Positions 1 to 9,324 of a stretch of 64,000 nucleotides of DNA are shown here, one piece after another. The position numbers and the translations under genes are program-made. The notes below the pieces were generated by a model. That model saw only the letters and a list, made by a program, of their open reading frames with translations. It did no database searches and had not been told where the DNA came from. Position 1 is the first letter of the stretch. Each line of letters opens with the position of its first letter. Source of the DNA: Vicinamibacterales bacterium (GTDB taxonomy: Bacteria; Acidobacteriota; Vicinamibacteria; Vicinamibacterales; CAZQMT01); NCBI GenBank assembly GCA_965197935.1, contig CBDAOD010000002.1, forward strand, positions 1,668,464-1,732,463, in the 5' to 3' direction.

Positions 1-336
1 CAGCTTCCGCCGGCGCCCGTAGTCTTTGACGATGGTGTAGCCGCCCGTGAAAGCGTGCTCCGCGCGCAAGCGCTCCCAGATGCGCTTCGCCGTGTGCCGT
101 TGCTTCTTCGGACGCGGCTGATCGTCGGTGAGGATCTGATCGATGCCCCTGGTGAAGGCGTCCAGTTTCGGACACCGGATCGGTTTCGCCCGGCGATACC
201 CGGGCGGCAGTCGGTCGCGCAGCATCTTGCGCACCGTCTCCCGGGCCAGCCCGAAGCAGCGCGCCGCCGCCCGCTCGCTCAACCCCTCCACATAGACGCT
301 GCGCCGCACCTCCGCATAGAGCTCCACTCGATACAT
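1..336 (-). CDS. istA: IS21-family transposase IstA, N-terminal part (partial)
   Basis: Manual translation: MYRVELYAEVRRSVYVEGLSERAAARCFGLARETVRKML...PKKQRHTAKRIWERLRAEHAFTGGYTIVKDY, with GGAGG RBS upstream. Absent from the ORF track because it has no stop in the window. Confidence 0.9.
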   Translation of the reverse strand, partial: MYRVELYAEVRRSVYVEGLSERAAARCFGLARETVRKMLRDRLPPGYRRAKPIRCPKLDAFTRGIDQILTDDQPRPKKQRHTAKRIWERLRAEHAFTGGYTIVKDYGRRRKL

Positions 337-459
337 CCCTCCTGTGTCCCACAAAACACTCTCGGAATGCTCGGTGGACACTCGAGCGGTCTGGTTTTCT
401 GCCGCCCTCAAGCGCTTCCAACCGCCGCGCTGTGGTCTATTCTTGCTCCGCCGTTCTCA
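1..459 (-). mobile_element. IS21-family insertion sequence, left end (runs off the window)
   Basis: Minus strand starts TGAGAACGGCGGAGCAAGAATAGACC at 459 (TG terminus), with a second similar motif near 391-410, followed by an istA-like ORF. Confidence 0.85.
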
Positions 460-1338
460 GTTGGCCCCATCGTCGAACGGATCTGCCGGGTTCGAGTCGC
501 CGATGAGCGTCGCTCCGCCGCCGACGTAGGGGAGCAGCTCGATGCGGCGGGTCGGTGGCAGGCCCTGTATCCCGTCCAGGCGGCCGAATCGGGACGCCCA
601 GCCCTGAACCGTCCGTGGGATCAGGATCCAGTACACCTCCTCGTTCCGGGACGGAATCCAGCGCTGGATGTTGAGCCCCCACAGCTGGTCTGGCTGGTCG
701 TTGAAGCGCAGCTGGGAGAATGGAATCCACATCTCGGTCGTCCACCCAGCGTCGGTGATGACCGCGCGCGCCTGCCACACCGGGTCGAACTCCCGGTCCT
801 GCGATTCCTCGTCGTCCTCGGGGTGGAAGTGGTCGAGCCGCACACCCGAGGCAGTCACCCCGAACGTGTAGGCGGTACGGCGATCGAGAAAGGTGTCGAG
901 CGAGACCAGCAGATACTCGGCCTGGTCGACGTCGTCGCGTCGGCTGAGCGGCGCCTGGATCGCGGCGCTCGACTGGGCGAGCATCCGTGCGCCGACGTAG
1001 AGCGCATCGTCGTCGTAGAGGAATCGGATCTGCATGGGGTCGGTCGGCGGCGCCCCCTCCACCGGCTCCTTCTGAACGAAATCGGTGACGGTCGGGGCCG
1101 TCGTCCAGATCGGCTCGTCCAGACGTCCGTCGAGCCGGATCGACCCGGCGCCGGCACGAACCGCGGTTGCCTGCTTGGGCGCCGCTACGCGGTCTCTCTC
1201 CTGTGCGAAGGCTGGCTCCGAGGCTGTGACGACCGTACTTGCGACGAGCACGCACGCCACACGGGTCTGCACGAGCGTCCGGAAGATCGGCGCGGATGCA
1301 CGGGTACCGGTGCGGGACGAGCCACGACAGACAAACAT
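457..1338 (-). pseudogene. DUF5916 / CBM9-like sugar-binding protein, truncated by IS21
   Basis: IRLDGRLDEPIW...YDDDALYVGARM...WTTEMWIPFSQLRF...WGLNIQR...ELLPYV. The stop TGA is the IS21 terminal TGA. The intact paralogue at 13157 is 762 aa. Confidence 0.85.
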
Positions 1339-1528
1339 CCAAGTCGACAGCGTTCGCCGGGGCGGCGATAGTCGGCGCGCCGAGTTTACACGGAGCCTAC
1401 CAATCCGAGCAACACAGCCAGCCGGCCTCCGCTGCCGACCTTAACCCAAGTGAACTCTGGGGTTAGGACCGGACATGAACAAGGAGGTAGGTTATTCCTG
1501 CCCGGATCCTTAGTGTGACGCCGGACCT

Positions 1529-2523
1529 TCACCACCGGGCTGCTGGGCCTGCGAGGCGACACCGGACGATCGACGAAGATGACGGCAGCGGCGCAAGCCC
1601 GCGGAGAGACACCGGATCCACGTCCGGATCCGCGTTCGCCTGGGGTCTGGAGTACATGATGGCCGCGTGATGCTGCTCGACCGGCGTCAGGCTGCCGCTT
1701 GTACAGAGGGGTCCGGGGGTGATCCGTGATTGCATCACTCCGACTCCCGAGTGGTGCCAGAGCCTAGCCCGTGTCCCACCTCGTGCGCGATGCAACCCGG
1801 AGAGGGCGCGAGGCCGAGGCCGCAGTCGTTCGCGGGCTGCAGCCCGAGGAGGACCCGGCCGGGGTCGGACCCGACCGTCGCTTCTCCACACAACCCGAAC
1901 GTGGGGTTCGCGCTGAACTCGACCGTGATCCAGCCGCGAGTGGGCGCGCGCGTCTCCGACCCGGTCTCCACACGCACACCGCCGAACCGGCCACCGGTGG
2001 CCTGCGCGACGGTCTGGTGAATCATCCTCGTCACGAGGTCGACGATGGCGGGGGGCACGGGCAGGTCCTGCCGGTCGCGCCCCGTGACGTAGAAGCTCGG
2101 CGGCGCAGCCCAGATCACCAGGGGTGACAAGCGTCCGCTGGTCGCGTCGCGACCGAGCTCCCGGTAGAAGTCGAGTGAGAACGGAGGCGCGAGCGAGATC
2201 AGGTCGATCGCCGTGTCGGCGGAGGTGAGGAGGGAGGTTTCGCGCCCGAGGTGTGCCTCGGCGGAGATCCTGACGCGCTGCCCGGGCCGGGCACCCTCGA
2301 GGCGAAATGCCCCGCTCGAGTCCGTGCGCGCCGGCGGCAGGCCCTCGACTTCGATGAGGGCGCCGGCGAGGCCGTCCCCCCCGCGACCAGACACGACGCG
2401 CCCGGCGACGGCGTCCGCGCTGGACGGCCCTGGGCTCGTGGGACTCACCAGGCCATCGAGGAGCTCGCAACCGGACACGATCGCCGCCAGCCCCACGACG
2501 GCCAGCGCCCGGCCCACGCACAC
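1529..2523 (-). CDS. Lipoprotein with carboxypeptidase-regulatory-like domain and metzincin zinc metalloprotease domain (frameshift at ~1762)
   Basis: Lipobox-like IVSGC. HEVGHGLG in one frame continues as LWHHSGVGVMQS in the next, giving HExxHxxGxxH plus a Met-turn. GTG start overlaps the ompA stop (TAGTG). Confidence 0.7.
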
Positions 2524-3191
2524 TACGTCAGGACTCTCACGACGACACGACGATTCTTCGCCCGGCCCTCTCCCGTCGTGTTCGGGGCCAGCGGCTTCTC
2601 CTCGCCGTAGGTGAGCACGCTCATCTTGTGCAGGGGCACCTGGTGGCGCGCGAAGAGGTAGAGCCTGACCGCCTCCGCCCGTTCGCGACCGATTCGCTGA
2701 TTGAGCCGGGTCGAGCCCGTCGAATCGGTGTGACCCTCGATCTCGATGAAGACGTTCATCGGTTCGGCCTTGAGAAGCGCGACCAGCCCATCGAGAGCCA
2801 CCTTGGCCTCGTCCGGCAGGACGATCTGGTTGAAGGCGAAGTTCCCCTGCGTTTCGTTCAGGACGACCTCGTACACGAGACGCCGCGCCGCGCGATCCGA
2901 GAGATCCACGGAGTCGGCCACACTACTCGCAAAGGTCCCGGCGCTCTCGGCTCCGATCGCCGCCTCCTCGGCCAGGCGGGCGGCCGACGCGGCCGTCTGG
3001 TCGACCTCGGCGATGCGCGCGCCGTTGAGGGCCACCCGCTGTCGGTTCTCCTCGACCGATTGGGACAGCTCCTGAATTCTGGAGTTCACCGCCTCGACCT
3101 CGTTGGCGACGTCTCCCTTCGACGCGCAGCCGAGGCCTCCACCCAGCGTCACGGCCGTCACCCAGACGGCCACCCCCTGCAGATGAGTCAT
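2523..3191 (-). CDS. OmpA/Pal-family peptidoglycan-binding lipoprotein with coiled coil
   Basis: GLGC lipobox; IEGHTDSTG...N..IGRERAEAVR...YGEEKPLAPNTTGEGRAKNRRV. Confidence 0.92.
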   Translation of the reverse strand: MTHLQGVAVWVTAVTLGGGLGCASKGDVANEVEAVNSRIQELSQSVEENRQRVALNGARIAEVDQTAASAARLAEEAAIGAESAGTFASSVADSVDLSDRAARRLVYEVVLNETQGNFAFNQIVLPDEAKVALDGLVALLKAEPMNVFIEIEGHTDSTGSTRLNQRIGRERAEAVRLYLFARHQVPLHKMSVLTYGEEKPLAPNTTGEGRAKNRRVVVRVLT

Positions 3192-3296
3192 GATGTGTTT
3201 CCTATGCCTGAATGAGCGCGTTGGGTCGCCGGTGTACGGTGCGCGCTGCACCGTACGGCCCGGTTATTCCACGAACCACTGTGCAACCGACCAGGT

Positions 3297-3313
3297 TGCA
3301 ACTGGGATGCCAG
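3297..3313 (-). promoter_or_regulatory. sigma54 (-24/-12) promoter for the ompA operon
   Basis: Minus strand CTGGCATCCCAGTTGCA = TGGCA-N6-TTGCA with exact GG-N10-GC spacing, ~105 bp upstream of the ompA start and next to a sigma54 activator gene. Confidence 0.8.
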
Positions 3314-3383
3314 AGAGCCCAGCGCCCGTAAGCCCCTCATCCAGTAGGTCTTGACGGTGGGCGGCGGGAATCTCGCCGCGCCG

Positions 3384-3408
3384 CAGGTAGGGAGAAACTC
3401 CCTACCTG
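3384..3408. promoter_or_regulatory. Perfect palindrome, candidate enhancer (UAS) of the sigma54 activator
   Basis: CAGGTAGGGAG-AAA-CTCCCTACCTG (11-bp arms), 70-95 bp upstream of the -24/-12 box. Confidence 0.6.
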
Positions 3409-3504
3409 ACCCGGTCGGGGGGCCGAGGACCGCCGCCGCGACACGGCGCTCGGCGGGCAGGATCGCTTGTGCCCTGGCGGTCGTTCGTTCCACAATCACG
3501 CTGC

Positions 3505-4893
3505 GTGCAGGACAGGAGAACCCGAGTTCTGGTCGTTGACGACGAGGCGGCGTTGCGCGAGGTACTCGAGACGCGGCTGACGGCGTGGGGCTTCGACGTG
3601 TCACTCGCGGAAAGCGGCCGAGCCGCCCGGGCCGTGGCCGAAGATGTCGCGCCCGACGTGGTTCTCTCCGACGTCGTTCTGCCGGACATCTCCGGTCAGG
3701 AGCTGCTCCAGCTGATCCCATCGAACGGGACCACGCCCCCACCCGTCACGATTCTCATGACTGCGTACGGCACGATCGATTCGGCGGTCGACGCGATGAA
3801 GCGGGGCGCCTGGGATTTCCTCACCAAGCCCATCGACTACCCAAAGCTGCGCGCCACGCTCGCAAGCGCCGAGGACGATCTGGCGCTGCGTCGGGCCACC
3901 CGGCATCTCGAAGCCGGCCTCGCGGGCGGTCCCGGTCTGGGGGCGCTCGTGGGCGACAGCGAGCAGATGCGCGAGGTCTATCGGCTCATCTCTACCGTGG
4001 CGCCGAAGGACGCTCCGGCGATCATCACGGGCGAAACCGGCACCGGCAAGGAGTTCGTCGCCCGCACCATCCACGAGCTGAGCCAGGTCAGGGGTGGCCC
4101 GTTCCTGGCGGTCAACACATCGGCCATTCCCGAGGGCTTGGCCGAAAGCGAGCTCTTCGGCCATGAGCGGGGCGCGTTTACCGGAGCCGTCGAGACGCGG
4201 CGCGGATGCTTCGAGTTGGCCGATCGGGGTACGTTGTTCCTCGACGAGATCGCCGATATGCCGGTCGGCTTGCAGCCGAAGTTCCTACGGGTCCTCGAGG
4301 AAGGGCAGGTCCGACGGGTCGGCGGCAGCCGGGAGGTCAGCGTTCGCGTCCGCGTCATCGCCGCCACCAACCGGGATCCGGTCGCGGCCCTCGACCAGGG
4401 GCTTCTGCGCGAAGACCTGTACTACCGCCTCAACGTGTTCACCGTGCTGCTGCCCCCGCTGCGTGAGCGGACGGGGGACATTCCGCTGCTGGCGCAGCAT
4501 TTCATCCGCGAGCTCAACGGCAAACATCGCACCCAGGTGGAAGGCGTCACCTCAGACACCCAGACCCTCCTCCAGGCCGCGTACTGGCCGGGAAACGTGC
4601 GAGAGCTGAGGAACGTGATCGAGCGCGCCGTGATCCTGGCGCACCAGGGGTGGTTGGAACCCGTTCACCTCCCGCCGTCGCTCCGTGAGCCGGGTGCTGC
4701 GCGCCCGCCCAAGATCTTGATCTCGCCGACCGCCACGACCGCCGAAGCCGAGCGCGTGCTCATTCTCGAGACGCTCAAGCGTCTCGGGAACAACAAGAGC
4801 AGGGCGGCTCGCCAGCTCGGCCTCGACGTCAAGACCCTCCGCAGCAAGCTCAAGTCCTACGCGCTCGGGGGCGACCGTGAAGATCGTCACTAA
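3505..4893 (+). CDS. sigma54-dependent response regulator (REC-AAA+-Fis HTH; NtrC/GlrR-like)
   Basis: VLVVDDE receiver, GETGTGKE Walker A, GAFTGA, LFLDEI, WPGNVREL and C-terminal HTH NKSRAARQLG. Start may be 3469 or 3505. Confidence 0.95.
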   Translation: MQDRRTRVLVVDDEAALREVLETRLTAWGFDVSLAESGRAARAVAEDVAPDVVLSDVVLPDISGQELLQLIPSNGTTPPPVTILMTAYGTIDSAVDAMKRGAWDFLTKPIDYPKLRATLASAEDDLALRRATRHLEAGLAGGPGLGALVGDSEQMREVYRLISTVAPKDAPAIITGETGTGKEFVARTIHELSQVRGGPFLAVNTSAIPEGLAESELFGHERGAFTGAVETRRGCFELADRGTLFLDEIADMPVGLQPKFLRVLEEGQVRRVGGSREVSVRVRVIAATNRDPVAALDQGLLREDLYYRLNVFTVLLPPLRERTGDIPLLAQHFIRELNGKHRTQVEGVTSDTQTLLQAAYWPGNVRELRNVIERAVILAHQGWLEPVHLPPSLREPGAARPPKILISPTATTAEAERVLILETLKRLGNNKSRAARQLGLDVKTLRSKLKSYALGGDREDRH

Positions 4894-6484
4894 GATCATC
4901 CTCGGCTCCGCCCTCTTCGGCCTCCTGCTCCTGGGCGTGCTCATCCACCACGTGGTCGTGGTCCGGGGCATGGCGTCGGCCACCGAGCGGCTCTCGGCCG
5001 TGCAGCTCTCGGCCGCAACGACGATCGTGGAGCAGGTTCGTACCATCGATGAGCTCGAGGAACATGCCAGCAAGTTCATCGTGACGCAGGATCCGGCCTA
5101 CCTCGACCGACTCGACGAGCTCCGCCAGACCTTCGGTCGTCGGCTCCGCCGGCTGGCGGCGCTTCGGGCGCCCGAGCAGGAGCCTGTCGAGACCGATCGG
5201 CTCGCGGCATTGTGGGCCGCCTCTCCGCTCTCGGCGGATTCCCCCGACGAGCTCGCGGCGCGCTTGGGTCCGGAGGACCCCGATCGCGGCCTCGCGCTGT
5301 GGGGCGAGCGCTTCGGGCAACTGCGTCGTCAAGCCAGACGCGTGCTCGACGCTACGCAGGCCGCCATCGTCGAGCAAGGCGAGCGGGCGGCTGCGGAAGC
5401 GGGGCGTACCGTGGCGATCGCGTGGGTCCTGGCCGCGGGAACCCTGGCCCTCGGACTGCTCGTGGGCGGCATGATCATTCGGTCGATCAACGAGCCCCTC
5501 GGGCGGCTGGCCGAGGCCACCCAGGCCGTGGCGGAGGGCAGGTTTAGCCACGAGGTGCCGACATCGGGGTCCGACGAGCTCTCAGGGCTAGGACAGCACT
5601 TCAACGCGATGGTCCAGCGGCTGGGCGAGCTCGATCGCACCAAGCAGGAGTTTCTCTCGCGCGTCTCTCACGAGCTGAAGACGCCGATCGTGACGATCCT
5701 CGAAACCAACCAGCTCCTGCTGGACCGGATACCGGGATCCTTGAACACCAAGCAACAACGCCTGCTCGAGCTGACGCAAGAGAGCTGTCGTCGGCTTTCT
5801 GGCTCGATCACGAAGCTCTTGGATCTCTCGCGCATGAACGCCTCCGACATTCGCTACCGGTTCGAGGACGTCGACCTCGCGTCGGTCGTGGGGCGAACGG
5901 TCACACGCTTCGAGGGGCTGGGCCGGGAGCGTGGGATCGACATCGAGGAGCGCACGGCGCCCGAGACCATTGACTGCCGGTGCGACCCGGAACGGATGGC
6001 GCAGGTCGTGGAGAACCTGCTCGAGAACGCGTTGAAGTTCTCGCCGCGCGGCAGCACCGTTCGCGTCGAGCTCTGGTCGGGTTCGGAGGTGGCGGCACGG
6101 CTGCCGCCATCCTGGCGCCAGCGAGGATCGTTCTTGCCGGAGACGGCCGCCATGCTGACGATCGCCGACGCGGGTGCGGGTGTTCCCGACGATCAGAAGT
6201 CTCGGATCTTCGAGAAGTTTCACCAGGTCGACGGCGACCAGGTTTCCGGGGGCAAGGGGGTCGGACTCGGCCTGGCCATGTGTCGGGAGATCGTCGAGGC
6301 GCACCATGGTGCGATCTGGGTCGAGGACAACCACCCGACGGGCAGCGTGTTCTATCTGGTGCTCCCGGCCGCTGGAGTCGGGGCGTTGGAGGAGCGGGAG
6401 GATCGTGCACGTGTCTTGGAGCAGGGTCACGGCGAGTCTGCTCGGCCTGAGCCTGCTTGGCACGGGCTGCGCCACGACCACTGA
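4877..6484 (+). CDS. HAMP-domain sensor histidine kinase (GlrK/QseE-like)
   Basis: Two TM segments, HAMP, H-box SHELKTP, N-box NLLENALKF, DAGAG and GVGLGL. Confidence 0.95.
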   Translation: MKIVTKIILGSALFGLLLLGVLIHHVVVVRGMASATERLSAVQLSAATTIVEQVRTIDELEEHASKFIVTQDPAYLDRLDELRQTFGRRLRRLAALRAPEQEPVETDRLAALWAASPLSADSPDELAARLGPEDPDRGLALWGERFGQLRRQARRVLDATQAAIVEQGERAAAEAGRTVAIAWVLAAGTLALGLLVGGMIIRSINEPLGRLAEATQAVAEGRFSHEVPTSGSDELSGLGQHFNAMVQRLGELDRTKQEFLSRVSHELKTPIVTILETNQLLLDRIPGSLNTKQQRLLELTQESCRRLSGSITKLLDLSRMNASDIRYRFEDVDLASVVGRTVTRFEGLGRERGIDIEERTAPETIDCRCDPERMAQVVENLLENALKFSPRGSTVRVELWSGSEVAARLPPSWRQRGSFLPETAAMLTIADAGAGVPDDQKSRIFEKFHQVDGDQVSGGKGVGLGLAMCREIVEAHHGAIWVEDNHPTGSVFYLVLPAAGVGALEEREDRARVLEQGHGESARPEPAWHGLRHDH

Positions 6485-6988
6485 GCGCGCCGATCGCCAT
6501 TTTCTGGCGGGGGCGTATCGGAGGCGGCGGCCGCCTACGAGGCGGACCTCCGGGCCGACCTGTCGGAATCCGACCGAGCGCGGGTTCGCTATCGGCTCGC
6601 GCTCATCTACGCCTCCCCCACCGGTCCTGCCTACGATCCCACGAAGGTTCGCCCCTTGCTGGAAGCCCTCTCGCGCGGGGTGCCGGAGACTGCGATCGGT
6701 CGCGAAGCCGCTCTCTTGCTCGACACGCTCGCCCAGATCGCACGACTGGGCGGGGAGGTCGATGAGAGAGAGCAGCGTCTACGAGGCCTCATAGCCGAGA
6801 TCGAGCGTTTGACGGCGGCGCTCGAAGAACGGGACGGCCGACTGACCAAGACGGCGCAGGAGATGGGAGCCTTGAGGCAGCGGGCGGGCCGGCTTCGAGG
6901 AGAGATCGCCGCCCGGGACGAGGAGATCGAGCAGTTGGCGGACGCACTACGCAGGCTCAAGGAAATTGACCTCCGGCGGCGGGACTGA
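6405..6988 (+). CDS. Lipoprotein with helical repeat and C-terminal coiled coil (QseG/YfhG-like; frameshift at ~6519)
   Basis: GGAGG RBS then GTG; LLGTGC lipobox; continues after the shift as RYRLALIYASP...LLLDTL, coiled coil, LRRLKEIDLRRRD. The LKEID ending is typical of lipoproteins beside GlrKR-like systems. Confidence 0.65.
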
Positions 6989-7212
6989 AGGGCCTCGCGA
7001 CGACCGCGCCCAGCTTGGCTCGGCCGATACTGTTTCGCAAAACTAGGCGCGTTTCCGCGATTTCTTCTTGGGTGGTAACCCAGATGGTAACCTTTCGCCA
7101 TCTGGGCGCCCGTCTTGGAAGTGCGTATTTCGAGCGGGAAATGCTCGTAGCCGGGGTATGGCATCGTGCCAGATACGCTATCGTCCGTAGTTTTCCATGA
7201 CAACGCCCACCC

Positions 7213-7253
7213 CTACCGCCGTTCCTCCACCCGGAGCACCCCGCCCAGCGTCT
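7213..7253. repeat. Direct repeat copy 1 (~41 bp)
   Basis: CTACCGCCGTTCCTCCACCCGGAGCACCCCGCCCAGCGTCT, near-identical to 7831-7874. Confidence 0.75.
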
Positions 7254-7268
7254 TGAACTCCACCCGGC

Positions 7269-7697
7269 TCAAGGCGCCTCCGCTTCCTCAGTGCTAGTCT
7301 CGGCCCACTCCCTGATGCCGCACGCGGTGCACATGTACTCGACCGATCGAATCCGGATGGGAGGCCCGCTCCCAAAGGCCGGTTCTTGGAGAGGCCCGAG
7401 GCGTTCGCTGCCGGTCCGGCGCATGCGCCCGCCGCAGCGCCCGCAGACCTCCGCAGCCACCAGGGCCTGTTGGTCTGGAGACAGGCGGTACTCTCCGCGA
7501 CCCACTTGCAGAAACAGCTGAGTGTTGCAACCGGGGTTACCAATACGGTGCTTTGGCAGGAAGGTCCCCGCGAAGGTGACGTCCAGCGCCCTATTCACGG
7601 CGGCAGCCTTGAACGGTTGAAGGAGTTTACCTGAACGTACGGCTCGCCTGATTCGCTGAATTGTCTCGCCTTCGTTGCGCCTGATGTTGGCAGTCAT
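7269..7697 (-). CDS. Hypothetical protein with a C-terminal zinc ribbon
   Basis: 142-aa ORF of visibly lower GC; FLPKHRIGNPG motif; CGRCGG...CTACG. Confidence 0.6.
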   Translation of the reverse strand: MTANIRRNEGETIQRIRRAVRSGKLLQPFKAAAVNRALDVTFAGTFLPKHRIGNPGCNTQLFLQVGRGEYRLSPDQQALVAAEVCGRCGGRMRRTGSERLGPLQEPAFGSGPPIRIRSVEYMCTACGIREWAETSTEEAEAP

Positions 7698-7699
7698 AC

Positions 7700-7791
7700 T
7701 CAGACCGCTCTGTCCGCGCTTCAGCTTCCAGTAACGCCACGAGATCCGACACTTCCCACAGCCGATCCGTGACGCCCAACGCCGTCGCCAA
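7700..7791 (-). pseudogene. 3' remnant of an IS1-family-like transposase
   Basis: Manual translation ATALGVTDRLWEVSDLVALLEAE resembles the TPAMAAGVTDRLWxxxDLVALL C-terminus of IS1-like transposases. Confidence 0.5.
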
Positions 7792-7830
7792 TATCCTGCC
7801 CGTGCCAGACGACCTCGCCGACCTGATCCG

Positions 7831-7874
7831 CTACCGCCGGTCCTCCACCCGGAGCGTGCCCCCGCCCAGCGTCT
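7831..7874. repeat. Direct repeat copy 2 (~44 bp)
   Basis: CTACCGCCGGTCCTCCACCCGGAGCGTGCCCCCGCCCAGCGTCT. Confidence 0.75.
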
Positions 7875-7925
7875 CTTCAGACGAGATGTTCTGCACCTGC
7901 CCCGCGACGAGGAGAAAGCGGCTGC

Positions 7926-8163
7926 TCAGCGCCCTCGTTTGAGCAGCCGGGTAATAATCATGACATGCGTCACCAGAAGTATGGGCACCCAGAACGTCGG
8001 AACATACCAGGTCGCCCCCAAATCCGGTACCGCGTCGGCGTGGCTCAGTGCATTCAGAAGGTCCACCGTGCCGACAATGTTGAAGAGCCAGACCAACGGC
8101 AGCGCCAGGCTCCAACCTCCTCGAAGGGCTACCAGACTCAGTGGCGCGAGCAGGCCGCTGACA
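7926..8163 (-). pseudogene. 3' fragment of a membrane-protein gene (no start codon)
   Basis: Manual translation VSGLLAPLSLVALRGGWSLALPLVWLFNIVGTVDLLNAL...GATWYVPTFWVPILLVTHVMIITRLLKRGR*. Confidence 0.6.
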
Positions 8164-8171
8164 GTTCTGCG

Positions 8172-8534
8172 TTATCCGGTCGGCTCGCGCGAGAAGCTGT
8201 CCACGGCCTCCCGCTCGGCATCGAAGATCTCGAAGAGCTTCATCAGCTTGGCGATCTCGAGGAGCTCTCGAATGCGCGCGGGCACCTTCAGGAGCTTCAG
8301 CGTGCTCCCGTGCCGCCGCACCGTGGTGTAGGCGCTGATGATCTCGCCGAGACACATGCTGTCCAGATAGGACACAGCCTCGAGGTTGATCACCAGCTTC
8401 ACCTGGCCCTGTTTCACCAAGCTGTCGACGCGCTCTTTGAGAGCCCCCAGGCAGCCCTCGGCAGTCTTGACAGTCATCTTGCCCCTGAGGTCGAGAACCG
8501 TCACACCGTTGACGACGCGATCATCAATCTGCAT
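8172..8534 (-). CDS. STAS-domain anti-sigma factor antagonist
   Basis: VTVLDLRGKM...LVINLEAVSYLDSMCLGEIISAYTTVRRHGSTLKLL...LLEIAKLMKLFEIFD. Confidence 0.9.
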   Translation of the reverse strand: MQIDDRVVNGVTVLDLRGKMTVKTAEGCLGALKERVDSLVKQGQVKLVINLEAVSYLDSMCLGEIISAYTTVRRHGSTLKLLKVPARIRELLEIAKLMKLFEIFDAEREAVDSFSREPTG

Positions 8535-8659
8535 CACGGGCCCCTTCATCCCGACGAAGTCTTGAAGCTCTGGTTCTCCCGCCCCCTCTGGGCCCACTGC
8601 CAGAGGCCGTTGGTGACCTGAGCCGGCAGCCGATACCCGAGCTGGCGAGCGACCATGAC

Positions 8660-9134
8660 GATCTTGGTACTGCACCTGGATGTAATCGTCGGTGTCGAAA
8701 TTGCCCGGTGCGAACACACCGTCCGCCGCGAAGAGACCGCTCGCATCAGGCCGGTGTAGCCCGCGATGTTGATACCCGTGATGTCCAGGGACTGCTCGTC
8801 CGCTCCGTTGCCGTTGGTCCCGGGCGTTTCGAGGAACGCGACGTGGTCGACGTCCTCGGCGGCCCAGAAGTAGGTGCCATCCTGCAACGTGTAGCTGTTG
8901 CTCGCGCCGCCCGCCGACGACTCGTTGGCGATGTTCGACCCGTCCGTCCGGTTCCAGTGATCGTTGGCGGTCTTGTTGTTCGGCGTCGACGCCGTATAGC
9001 GCGAGCCCTGGCCGTCGGTCTCGAAGCTCTCCTGGAACGGCAACTGAGCCGCCGCCTCGGAGGGCAGACCGAGGGTCGTGGCGAGGACGAAGCAGGCCAC
9101 AGCGCAGCGGCCTAACACGTGTCTGAAGTCTCAT
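8660..9134 (-). pseudogene. N-terminal fragment of an exported beta-rich protein (frameshifted, truncated)
   Basis: Signal peptide ...SEAAAQ then FQESFETDGQGSRYT...RTDGSNI...FWAAEDVD...ITGINIAGYTGL; continues after a shift as SGLFAADG...FDTDDYIQVQYQ, then loses the pattern. Confidence 0.6.
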
Positions 9135-9324
9135 GGCTATCTTCCCGATGGAGCCCGCCGCTAGTGAGTGCTGGTCGCTACGGGCGCCGCCGATCCGCTT
9201 CGACAGCCCAGCCACGCCCGGTACCGTGAGGCAGACAGACACGTCCGAATCTCAAGCTAACAGGAAAACCACGGCGACTCTGTCATAAATCCGGCGATCT
9301 TGTCTAGCCTTCCGGGGCTGCTAG

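Noticed and set aside
55-1371. 438-aa plus-strand ORF
   Set aside because: Antisense shadow of istA and the DUF5916 gene, spanning an IS junction.
8172-9242. 356-aa STAS fusion ORF
   Set aside because: The upstream part is an off-frame read of the exported-protein fragment; the STAS gene starts at ~8534.
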